From: Isurus oxyrinchus
Taxonomy: Eukaryota
Assembly: GCA_026770705.1 (NCBI GenBank)
Contig: JANJGN010000026.1
Coordinates: 30,008,001 to 30,072,000 of the forward strand
Direction of reading: 5' to 3'
Length of the DNA: 64,000 bases
In this document: one piece after another, positions 42,101-53,306 of the stretch
Layout of the letters: every line of letters begins with the position of its first letter
How positions within the stretch are numbered: the first letter of the stretch is position 1
The notes under the pieces: generated by a model
What the model was told of the DNA's origin: nothing
Seen by the model: the letters and a program-made list of their open reading frames with translations, nothing else
Database searches by the model: none
Program-made: the position numbers and the translations under genes

Positions 42101-43168
42101 TTTAATAATTCTATATACTTTCTACTTGAGAAACAACAAAATCCTTAAATGGGAACGAGGTGAGAAAATCGAAGAAATGAAGGAATGCTTCTAACAGAAT
42201 AAATGGACAGGAAACACGAAATTTGGTCTTTCATGGTACGTGGGCGTCGCTAGCAAGGCCAGCATTTGTTGCCTATCCCTAACTGCCCTTGAATTGAGTG
42301 GCTTGCTGGGCCATTTGAGAGGGAGGTTAAGAGTCAACCATATTGCTGTGGCTCTGCCCTGCCCTTGATTCAATGGTGGACAATCATGGTTCTGTGACTG
42401 ATGGAAAGTGTTGTGGGGCCGTCGAATCCCAGGGGGAAACTTCGGTCGTCTCTGTGAGACACTCATTCAACATTCTTTGTGGTTCGTAACCTCTACAAAA
42501 GTGCAGCCGGTTATTAAGATAGAACGGCCCTAATTTAAGAGGGAGCACTGTTGAGGTACGCACGTTCTCACCCAGTGCAGCGCGGCCCGTGAACACATAG
42601 GGGCCTTTCCCAAATGCGGTAATTGTGGGAGATGCTGACCTCCAAGGAAAGGGCAATGGTGGAGTGAATCCAAACCCATACTCCCCTCAGCTGGGAACTG
42701 CCCGGTGTCTTGTACAAGAGGCTGCGGGTTCTCTTGAGCGGAGCGAATCTCTCAGCCGATTGTAGCCCGAATGCTGGAAATCACAGGAGATGGTGAAGGT
42801 TTATCAACTCAAACGAGGAAACACGGATTGAACGACAAAAGGGGAAGAAATGAATTTGCGGGTACCTGAGATAAAAGGCGGTAATGAATTCACCCTAAAT
42901 TATAAATCGGCGCATTATGAATTTTTCCAGCAAAAGGGAGATGAGAATGTGGAATAATTTCATGAACTAGATTTGAAGACAAATTGGACAGAAGATGGTT
43001 AAAAATTAAAAGGAGCGAAAAGGAAAAGCAGACTTAATGAGCTTAATCACTTTGTTCTGGTCTGTAAAATTGAAAGAGTCAATGAAACTGTATTCATGTA
43101 CAATATTTGTACTCCAAATTTCTATGCGCTTTTTTATCTCCATGTGTCTATAATCACCGCCATGCTCA

Positions 43169-43615
43169 GGCTTTTGTACAGCTCTCTCCGTGCTCTTTAT
43201 TACTCTGTAGTGTGTCTGCAATCCCACCATGTTCAGGTTTTTGTACAGCTTTCTCTGTGCTCTGTATCACTGTGTGTCTATAATCCCACCATGTTAGGTT
43301 TTTGTACAGCTCTCTCCGTGCTCCGAATTTCTGTGTGTCTGCAATCCAATGTTAAGATTTGTACAGCGCCCTCCGGTTTCTGTATCACTGTGCACTATAT
43401 TCAGGTTTTTGTACATCTCTCTCCGTGCTCTGTATTACTGTGTGTCTGCAATCCTACCTTGTTCAGGTTTTTGTACAGCTCTCTCTGCGCTCTGCATCAC
43501 TGTTTGTCTATAATCCCACCATATTAAGTTTTTGTACAGCGCCCTCCGGATTCTGTATCACTGTGCACCATGTGCAGGTTTTTGTACAGCTCTCTCCCTG
43601 CTCTGAATCACTGTG
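43169..43615 (-). repeat. Tandem array of eight 23-RSS units behind supporting V-delta B
   Basis: Heptamers at 43609, 43559, 43498, 43436, 43386, 43329, 43268, 43201, each 23 nt from an ACAAAAACC-like nonamer. Confidence 0.9.
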
Positions 43616-43921
43616 CTGTGCGCCGACTCAATGCACAGTAATACACAGCGGAGTCGCTCAGTTGTAGTTTGGAGATCTTTATCCGGCTGATTTTCTCGGC
43701 AGGATCGTTAAAAGCAGAAATTCTTCCCTCGACAGCATTTTCTTTATTCTCCTCTCCTGAAGCGCGCCTCTGAAGCAGATATTCCGGAACCTGTCCTGGG
43801 GACTGACGGTACCAGTGTACTGCGTACTGACAGATACCTGAATACTCACAGCTTAAAGTAACGGTGTCAGCGGCAGCAGAGTATTGTAAAGGCGGATTCT
43901 GGGATATCAGGAGACTGGAAT
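43616..43921 (-). CDS. STCRDV: Leaderless supporting TCR-delta V (copy B) with CDR1 Cys
   Basis: Acceptor ...caccctccag; SSLLISQNPPLQYSAAADTVTLSCEYSGICQYAVHWYRQSPGQ...LSDSAVYYCALSRRT; perfect 23-RSS; no leader exon recognised upstream. Confidence 0.9.
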
Positions 43922-46900
43922 CTGGAGGGTGAAAAATGGACATTATGTGTTTGTTTAGCTACTGCTGACATGGGAGATTTGTCAATCGCGCGAACAACTT
44001 TGTGTTATTTTTATCTTGATTTGATATCTGTTCTAACGCTGCTCATTGTTATTGAAATATGATCAACTGGGGAATGAGGCGATATTTTCTCTTCCAGAGC
44101 GAATTCCTCCGATCAGGGCTTCACTATCTGAATGGGTTTTGGGAACACATTCAATAGGAACTTTCAAACGGGTAATGGATCTGTTCTGAAACTGAAAAAA
44201 ATGCAGGAATATGGGGAATATGCATGAGTGGTGGGAATAATTGGATTACACTTTTAAAGGAGCAGCATCTACACGATGGGCCGGATGTCATCCTTCCGCT
44301 CTGTATGGTTCTATTATGTATATTAGGTTTGTGTTTATTTTCCCCGCTGAGAGACAAAGCTGAGGGAACTTCTTATTAACAGTGAAACAGTCAGTTTCCA
44401 AAAACTATTTGTCTGACAGTGACCCAGATATAACGCATCACTGCGCATAGCACCGTCCAACAGAATGCGAATGCAATTCATCAGCACCAATCGGGTCAAA
44501 CAGATAGTGAATATCGATGGTGAAATGTCACCCATTAGTTTCAGTTTAACATTTCTCAGTAGCTTCCATCTGCTCTTGTGTCTATTAGTTTATTTTCTTC
44601 GATCAATCTATGTTTCTCCATTTCTCTTTAATTTGAAATGTTTAGTTAGTTTCATGTTATTTCTATGTTTACTTTGCACTTTTTGTACTTCTTGCAATCG
44701 TGGGAACTTGGCCCAAACTCTCTCCGTTGTCGGTTGGGTTCAGTCTGTTCAGTTTCCACGGTGGTTTTACTGTTACTCACTGGGAACTGCCTCTTCCGGC
44801 TCTCTGACAATTTCAATTCTTTCACCTATTGACTGATTCTCTCCGCTTTCTCTGTTTTGTCTAAGTTTTTCAATGTACTCCATCTGTAGGAGAGAGACCG
44901 GCCCTTCGGCACAGTGAATTATGTTGTGGTTATATTCCATACCAGTCCCCCCAACCCGAAATCTAATTGACCATTTCGATCCAGCTCCCTGTGCCGGCCT
45001 GTTCCGTTCTCCCTCCTGTATTTTCAGCCTTCCCATAAATCCACCAATAACGTCTGCTCCAACCACTCAATGTGGCAACAAGTTCCACATTCTGATGAGT
45101 CTTAGCACACATTTTTCTTCTTAATGTCTTTGTTCTGTTAGTGACGATCTGATATTAATGTTCTACTGACCTGGACTCATCCACCAATATACAGCTGGAA
45201 CTCATGCACTCCATTAAACCCGTTCATAATTTTAAAGATTTCTCTGAATTCTCTTCCTGGTTCTCTCTTTTCCAGAGAAATGTGACCCAGCCGGTTCAAT
45301 CTTTCCAGAGATATGTGCATTTTTGCTGATTTCTTTTCTCAGAAATTTAAGAAATCAATGCAAAGAATCTTGCAATTAGAAGCAGGAATGGTCATAACAA
45401 CTTTCAAACCTGTTCGGACGTTCAATAATATCGTGGCTGATCTTCGACATAAGCATCACATTCCCATATTCCTAGTTTATTTTAATAACCTAACATCTAT
45501 GGAACACTCCCATTCATCCACTGAGTATCCGCAGCTCTCTGAGGTATTGAATGCAACAGGTTCAGAACAGTAGCCTGGAGAAATACCCAGCAGTATCTGC
45601 CCTGTCAGCCCGTTGAGAATATGATATGTTCCAATGAGATCAGCTCACACTCCTCAAAACTACTGTTGCAAAAGTACAATGAGTTTTATAATATTTTTTC
45701 TGGTTTATTATGCAGTATGTTAATGGATGTAAGTATAGTTGGCTCTTTCTGTGTGATTTTATTGCATTTGGAGTCAAGTACGCTGCAAGCTTGAAATTAT
45801 CAAAGGAAGCTATTTGTGTGGAAATATGCTTGAAATTTTAATATGTAAATGTGGATGCTGGCTTAGCATGTACAGTGTAAAGGGAATTTGAGCTTCAAAG
45901 GTGTGACAGGCTGTATAAAATTAGCTAGATAAGCAAGGCTAAGGAGTTAGTTTTAATTTGTTCCTAAGGGAGCTGACACTATTGGCAACATGAAAGTTTT
46001 CATATTGTGAGGAAGATGCAGTTTAAAGACATATCGGACAATAGAATTTACATATTAAAGAGAGAGAGAAACATACATATGGGAGAATGAAAGGCGATGT
46101 GAGGAGAGGGCCATGTAAGATCTAACATGAGTCTGTGAAACAATCTTCATGAAGCCACCAGCCATTTTTGCATATGTTTGCTTTGTGATGTTAGTGATGT
46201 TGGGGAAGCCATTTGGAATGCCACTGTCAAGTGTGTGCTACGTTAACTTGCTGGTTCTGTTTTAAATCAAAAATCTATTTGGACCGTTGCCTTAAAGGAG
46301 TGTATAACTGGGAGTCAAGTTAATTCAGAATTTTAGGAGTTGTTATATTAGTAAATACCTTGTCATCTCATGTATGTGTTTGGAATATTTTATTTTGTGA
46401 ATAAATATTCTAATTTAATTTCTTAAAAGTCTCTAAAGATCTTGCTGGACTCAATACTTCAGAATCAATGCAAATATCGATTGCAAAACCGTTGTGACAG
46501 AGCGATGAAGTTTCCCTTCTGGATTTGACCCGCCTGGCACACATCACCTGGCATGTGATAATATTACTGGGGGCTCTTTGCGAGATGTTGGAAATTCCTT
46601 GATTAGTTCGGAGATGGGCAATCTTAAGGCTATGAGTGCCAGAGGAACATTGAATCCAGGAGTTCGTGTGGGGTTTTTAAAGTGGCCAGAGTGTAAAAGT
46701 GGCTGTATCCATGGCATACATCATCTGATACGTCATAATACGAGGGAATATAGGCTGTCACTCCTTCATCTCTTCTCATAGGATAAACCATTTAACTCAG
46801 GAAGATGCATGATGAAACTTTGTTCGCTTCCTTCAACGCATATAGATCTTTTCTCATTTATGAATCTAAAACTTTACACAGCACACAGACTGGAATCCGG

Positions 46901-47788
46901 TGCAGTCCTTTCCACACACAATACTTCTACCAATTGGTTTTTACTACCGAGGAGTACTGATTCATCAGCTCAGGTAGCAGTTCGTACATAGGTGGTAAGA
47001 AGCAGGAAGTTTCCTCCCTATGTTTGGGCTGGCGCCATGAGACGCATTGCGGTCTGGAGTTAATATTGAGGTTTCCCAGGGCAACTCCCTGCTCACTGTA
47101 TATCACCGTGCAGCCACTTCTGGGTCTATCCGGCCGGTGGCACAGGACATACACAGGGATAGTGATGGTGCTGGATAAGACATTGTACATTATGATTCCG
47201 TGAGCTTGACTCTGCCAGGTTGTTGCTTGACAAACATGTGGGAAAGCTCTCCCAGTTTTACCACATACCTCCAGATGTTAGTAAGGGGGACACTGCAGGA
47301 TGGACAGGCCTGGGTTTGCCATTCTCATTTCCGAAGCCTAAGCAGATTGCCGGTGGTGTGCCAAGTGATGTGGTCCATGTTCCATCCTTTTCTTTGAGAC
47401 TTAGTAGCCATTTGATTCAAATGAGTAGCTTGCTCGGCCATCATTTCACCAAGTGCTTAAGAGTAAACCACAACGCTTTGTGTCCAACGTCATATGTAGT
47501 TTAGACCAGGTAAGAACAGCAGATTTCTTTCCATTAAGCAGAGTATGGTGCTGGGCAGCTCGAAACAATCGGCAGTAGTTTCATGATCACCATACTAAGA
47601 ACAGCTTTTAACTCCTGGTGCTTGAATTCCACCAGCTGCTGCGGTGGGATTTGAACCAGGGTTAGCACACAGAGGATTGACAGGGTGTTTGGGTTACTAG
47701 TCCAATGATATTATCACGAGACCACCCCACCCCATGCAGATTATTTGCCTGGATACTTTGCAACACGTCGCGGTTTGGAGTCACTTAC

Positions 47789-48133
47789 CAGCTGTGACAG
47801 TCACCTCTGTCCCAGATCCGTCTACAGAACCATCTTTCCAAACAGAACCACATGCATATTTATACTGAGCTTTGCAGTAATAGGTGGCCGTGTCTTCAAC
47901 TCTTACATCCCGAATTTCCAGCGAAAAAATATTTTCTGCTTTATTTATCGACACAACAAATCTTCCCCCACTGGAAATCCACTCCCGCTCTGTCTCGGTC
48001 TGGGTTTGTCTGAAGAAATGTCCGTCCTCTAATCGATGGGAATTACCTTTGAAAGCACAGGTGATGGTGAGAGACTGACACTCCTTCACGGTCACCGCTG
48101 CCGGGGTCTGTACCACTGACTGACTGAAAGAGC
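47789..48133 (-). CDS. NTCRV: Germline-joined NAR-TCR VDJ exon, intact, phase 1-1, 345 nt
   Basis: Acceptor ttaatttccag; SFSQSVVQTPAAVTVKECQSLTITC...TATYYCKAQYKYACGSVWKDGSVDGSGTEVTVTA; donor GTAAGT; no internal RSS or intervening DNA. Confidence 0.93.
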
Positions 48134-48281
48134 CTGGAAATTAAACAAAGAGACTTTAATTGGCCGTTAGAACCGAATCACAGAACGGGGTTAAGACCCC
48201 AGACAGTGTCCGTAATTGGGATGGACTCGGGCAGCTTTATCTTAAGTCCACACAATATTGGTTTGTTTGATCGGTAGCCAC

Positions 48282-48324
48282 GGGGTAAACAGGCACACAG
48301 GGTAAAAACAAATTAAATTCCCAT
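48282..48324 (-). pseudogene. Inactivated leader exon of the germline-joined V (ATG GGA ATT TAA...; donor GTGGCT)
   Basis: Aligns to the functional leader at 54098-54140 but has a stop at codon 4 and a degenerate donor. Confidence 0.88.
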
Positions 48325-48376
48325 CCTTCTGCTTCCTGGAGTTGATAGTTTGTATGACGGGGAGCAGGAGATTGCA

Positions 48377-48893
48377 CCAATAAAAGCAGAAAATGCTGCA
48401 GAAATTCAGCAAGTCTGGCAGCGTCTGTGGAGATAGTAACAGCGTTAACATTTCCAATCGCTGTGGAGTGGTGTTGTTGCTAGGCTAGTAGTCCAGGGGC
48501 GCAGGGGAATATCCCGTGGCCCCGCGTTCGAGTTTAGCTAAGGCAGATGGTGGAGTTTGAATTGAATAAAAATCTGGAATCAAAAGTCTAATGGGATGAC
48601 TATAAAACCATTGCCGATTGCTGTAAAAACCCATCAGGTTCACTAACAGCTTTTCGGGAAGAAAATCTGCCAATCTTACCTGGTCTGACCTACATATGAC
48701 TCCAGACCCACAGTAATGTGGTAGTCTCTGAAATGCCCGGATAGCCAATAAATGCTGGCCTTGCTAGTGGCACCCACATCCAAAGAATAAAATAAAAGGT
48801 GCTGCCAGAACTGCTGAATTATTTCCAGCATTTTCTGTTTTTATTTCAGGTTTCCAGCATCCACGGTGTTTTGCTTAGATGTAGGAGACTGCA
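48377..48893. mobile_element. Palindromic repeat with nested SINE, inserted in the promoter of the joined V (also ~2120-2635 and ~24735-25250)
   Basis: Inverted AAAGCAGAAAATGCTG / CAGCATTTTCTGTTTT arms; flanking duplication AGGAGATTGCA / AGGAGACTGCA; absent at the homologous 54180 promoter. Confidence 0.7.
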
Positions 48894-51800
48894 GCTCTGA
48901 ACTGCTTAGGGAGACTGGAACTCAGAGCTGGACTGAAATATCTTAGACAGTACAGTTGATTTGCAGAGGACGGTGTTCTGCGGATGATTGATTAGCTGCC
49001 CCATTCCTATCTCTCTGCTTGTGTGTTTTCTGAGCCCCATTCCTATCTTTCTGCTTGTGTGTTTTCTGAACAAGTGACAGGTTTAAAACGGAACTAGCAG
49101 TTGCATGTTGCTTCATTGGGCCTGTAAGCCTGATGTGAAGTCCCCTCTCCCCTTTGTCTGATGTACAGTGCCCAGCGTAATGGGGCAAGGGAGGTGGATT
49201 TGTTTCCGTTAGTGAAATCTGCAGCCCTCATTCTCCCACAGTAATGACCTTGCAGGTGTGTCCATGTGTGTTTGGTAAATGGTATTTTATGAGAATGGAG
49301 TGTGAGAGAATCCCTCTTTCTCCAATATTATTCTAACTGTCATGAAAAAACGGAAAATGCTGGAAAGAACTCGGCAAGTCTGGCAGCATCTGTGAAGAGT
49401 GAAACAGAATTAACATTTCGAGTCTGTATGATTCTTCTTCAGAGCTACCTGTGCCGGAAATTATTAAACATCTCCCTGAACTTGCTGTTCGGTCTTCAGT
49501 TGAAAGTCTGTTCCAAGGGAAGGAGCCTTACACCCGCCATAGTCCAGCAACTGAGGATCAGATTACAATGTGAGACAGTCCAGTGACTTTACCAATATTC
49601 AGGCGGAAGTACAGAAATACCACAAAGAATAAACTCTCCACTTCATTGAAACAAGTGCTTGCCGCAACTTTTCCCTATGACTTGCATTTAAAATGATGTT
49701 TCCAGAAAGCAATGTTTGATTTCCAGGTCTGGTTTATTCAGAGTTTGCAGTTGTAGTGTTAAAACATGAAGCCACACTCAGAGGGACAGTTGAAATGGGG
49801 GCGGACACTGTGCTTGGGAATTGTTTAAAATATCACACCCACTACATTGGTGAAATCTGTTAGTTGTGTTTAAACTGTCCTGGATCTAACAATACGTTCT
49901 GTTGAAGTGAACCTTGTGAACTGGCCGCAGTCAAATGCTCCTGAAAACTGATGGGTACAAGGACATGGGGCTGCTCAGTAATCCAGGCAGCCATGCAAAG
50001 GGCAGAAAAGGGCCAATAAACTCCTTCAGGAGCAGAGGACCTCACACTATCTTGTCTGACTGTACATCACACAAACATGACCGATCATACATCGCTCAAA
50101 AGTGGTCGATTGTTTAATCGACCTTTGAGTAGCTCCAGATGGGCTGCCGCTGATCCCTAATGTGCAATCAAAGACATAAACATCATCTGATTCATCGAAA
50201 ACTAAAATAAAAACCTGAAAATGCCTTTCTGCTTCATCCACAAGTTTTACACATTAAATATTGTCCAATTTCCTTCTGATTTTGAATGCTACTGGCGTGA
50301 AACAGTGCAGGACAGCGCATGATATAAGCATGTTTTGCCTCAGAGCTACCACAAATACAAATTGCATTTTAAAGCACATTTAATACAATGAAAGGTCCCT
50401 TCAGCAGGTAGTGACAGTAATCTTCATGAAACATGAATCGTGAGAGGCAGATGTGGCCGATCACCCGAGTCATCGTCTGCAATGTGGGAACACGGATAGA
50501 TTTTGGCATCATAATTACCAACACTCAGATTGTAGCAGTCTCATTTTAAGAGACCACGATTCTTTAAATGGAAGGAGAAATATTATCTGAATGTATTTCA
50601 ATCAGCATTTGCTTGGAAAAAAAACATAAGTTCTTCTATCAATAGGTTTAATTTTTCTCCAATTCCGTTTACTTTGATATATTTACATTTAGTTTAATTT
50701 TATTTCTCCATTTCCTTTGAGCAGTTTGTGCTTCTTGCATGGGAACGTAACAATCGTGGGAACTTGCCCCAAAGTCTCTCAGTTGTCTGTTGGGTTCAGA
50801 CTGCTCAGTTTCCGCAGTAGTTTTACTGTTAGTCACTGGGAACTGTGTCTTCCCCCTCGCTGACAATTTCATTTTTTTCTGCCCATTTACTGATTGACTG
50901 GTTGAAGTTTTCTCGAACTATAATTTAACATAATATCTGCCAGAATAGGAATAATCCATTCCGCTCAAATGATTTATGCCTGTGTATTTACTGCGGACCA
51001 GCCTCCATCCGTCCGAAATCTAATTGACCATTTCCAGTCAGCTCCCTGAGTCAGTCTGTTCCGTTCTCCCTCCTGTATTTTCAAGTCTTCCCATAAATGT
51101 ATCAATACTCACTGCCCCAACCATTCCCTGCGGCAGCAAGTTCCACATTCTGACCTGCCTGTTTTTACACTTCTTCTTCTTAATGTCATTATTTGTTCTG
51201 TTAGTGACTGTCTTATTCTAATGGCTCTAGGCTCACCCACAAATAAGCAGCTATTCCACAAATACCCCAATGAACGAACTCGTTATTTAAACGATTTCCA
51301 TGAATTCTCCTTTTCTTTCCCTGTTCCATCTCTCCACAAAAAGATGTAGATTGTTCCTGATTTCTTTTCTCAGAAATGTAACAGATCAAAGTGGTTAATG
51401 TAACAAACAGAAGCAGGAGCGGCCACATTCACCTTTCAAACCTTTTCCGCCATTCAATAATATCCTGACTCATTTCCTAGCTCAACATCACTTTGCAGCA
51501 ATGTCCCCATATTCCTTGATTCTTTTAGCATCCCGAAATCCATTGAACACTTCCTTTAAAATATCCAACTACTGAGCATCCACAGCTTTCTGAGGAAGAG
51601 AATAGCTTCACTGAAGAAATTTCTCTTCTTCTCAATTCTCATGTTTGGGTCCTTATTCTGAAACTGTAACCCCTTGTTATAGGCTTCACAGCCTGGGGAG
51701 ACACCCACCGGGAATCTATCGTGCCCTGGATGTTAGATTTCTAATGAAATTACATCTCATTCATCTAAGATCTAGGGAACATATGTCCAGACAACTCAAT

Positions 51801-52831
51801 CTCTTCTTTACTACAATCCCTTTATCTCAGGGATCGGTCTGATGAACCTTTGCTGCTCGCCCTCCAAGGCATGTAGATGCTTCCTTCAGTAGGGAGACCA
51901 AAACTTTACACAGCATTTCAGACTGGAGCCCATTTCAGTCCTTCCATCCATAAAACTCACCCACCCGCACTGGGCTCGGAATGTACTTTGAATGGGCCAG
52001 AGATCCTCCAATCCTTCTCTCCCTTTCGATGAATTATTTGTTGTTTCCTCTAAATGAACATTCCCCCAATTTATAACTTACAATTGTTTCCTTATTTTCC
52101 TGTTCTCCTTTATAAGATTAATACATCATCCTCACTTTCTCACTGCATTGTGTTGCTTTAATACACAGGAATCAGGGATACAGATACATTTCAGCAATCC
52201 CATCCCTCAAACATCTACATTCAATATAGAGAAGTGTCTGCAGTTCCAAACTTTCACATTTCAGTTTGAGGGCGGAAAAGTAGGAAATTGGTTATATGAA
52301 AGAAATGGCGGGGACAATGTCGTTAATTTCAGTCACTGATTGTCCAATAATACAATTCCATCTGGGCCCACATCCGGATCTCTTATATCTGAAGCCCGTT
52401 GTTTCACTCTCCGCTTTTCTCCCGGGTCAGGTATTGAACGAGCCGCTGCAGGCATCCGAACAGGCCGCAGTTGTGTTGAGTTTATTCACCCGGTTCCTGA
52501 TTCACATTGCGCGGCTCGGACTGCAATCTGCTGCCCAGGAGAGACCTCTGTGACCCCGCTCCCGGGGTCTAAGGGACAGACAGAGCTCCCTCGATCACAG
52601 TTAACACCGGGAGTGGATTCCAGATTGTCGACAATCTGCGCTCATTAAAAGCGATTCAGAGTGTGAGAGTCCGTGATGTTGATATTGTCCCCGATGTGCC
52701 CGTTACAACAATAATGGTCCAGATTCCGCCAACTCCCACATCCCACCCAAACTCCACTGATATCAATAATAAACTGACGGTGAACATTACCCGGGACAGT
52801 CGGTAACCCGGTGGTGTTTGGAGTCACTTAC

Positions 52832-52918
52832 CGGCTGTGACAGTCACCACCGTCCCGGATCCATCCGCATATTTACCACCACAGTGACTCCGCTCTCAGT
52901 CTCCCCGGTACAACAACC
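52832..52918 (-). other. NTCRJ: NAR-TCR J segment (52832-52879, GKYADGSGTVVTVTA) with 23-RSS and GTAAGT donor
   Basis: GGTTGTTGT-23-CACTGTG upstream, GxGT-VTV motif, phase-1 donor. Confidence 0.9.
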
Positions 52919-53233
52919 ACCAACAACTCGACCTGGCGGGAAATCATCATCAGACAGTAGAAACTGCCCAATTATTCAGCGGATTTAAATAAATAAACAA
53001 TATTCAATGTTTCAAAGTCTCTGTCAGTTCAAACTGTTCTTTGTGAGGCCCTGAGCTCTGAGTAAATGGCCTCCAGAACGAGATGTTCGCTTCATATAAA
53101 CCGAGAATAATATCAAAGAAAGATAACTGAATGGTGGAAATTACCATGAAATTGAACCAGGTTCCAGCGATAATAACATCAACCCGACAATTCACTATCC
53201 GGGCCCGGAGAATTTATATTTAAATTATACAGA

Positions 53234-53306
53234 TGTGTTTGGTCAGGTCTCTCCCACTGTGACTCCCCCATCCATACACACAGTGTTAAAAGTCAGTATA
53301 AATTCC
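53234..53306 (-). other. NTCRD: NAR-TCR D segment (53262-53278, TGTATGGATGGGGGAGT) flanked by two 12-RSS
   Basis: GGAATTTAT-12-CACTGTG | 17 nt | CACAGTG-12-CCAAACACA; perfect heptamers, divergent nonamers. Confidence 0.85.

Larger units (their letters stand above)
1779..47762. repeat. Tandem segmental duplication: unit 1 ~1779-24392, unit 2 ~24393-47762, with a third more diverged partial copy ~47763-49260
   Basis: Colinear near-identical sequence and duplicated ORFs at offsets 22610 to 23374. Confidence 0.95.

Noticed and set aside
43169-43615. CRISPR-like array or CDR3-extending coding repeats
   Set aside because: Vertebrate DNA and the units are RSSs; the V frame terminates within the first RSS, so distal use cannot extend CDR3
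47789-48133. Joined VDJ as a somatic rearrangement from lymphocyte DNA or a processed retrocopy
   Set aside because: The same junction is present in three diverged paralogues; the leader intron, upstream flank and J donor are retained; no poly-A
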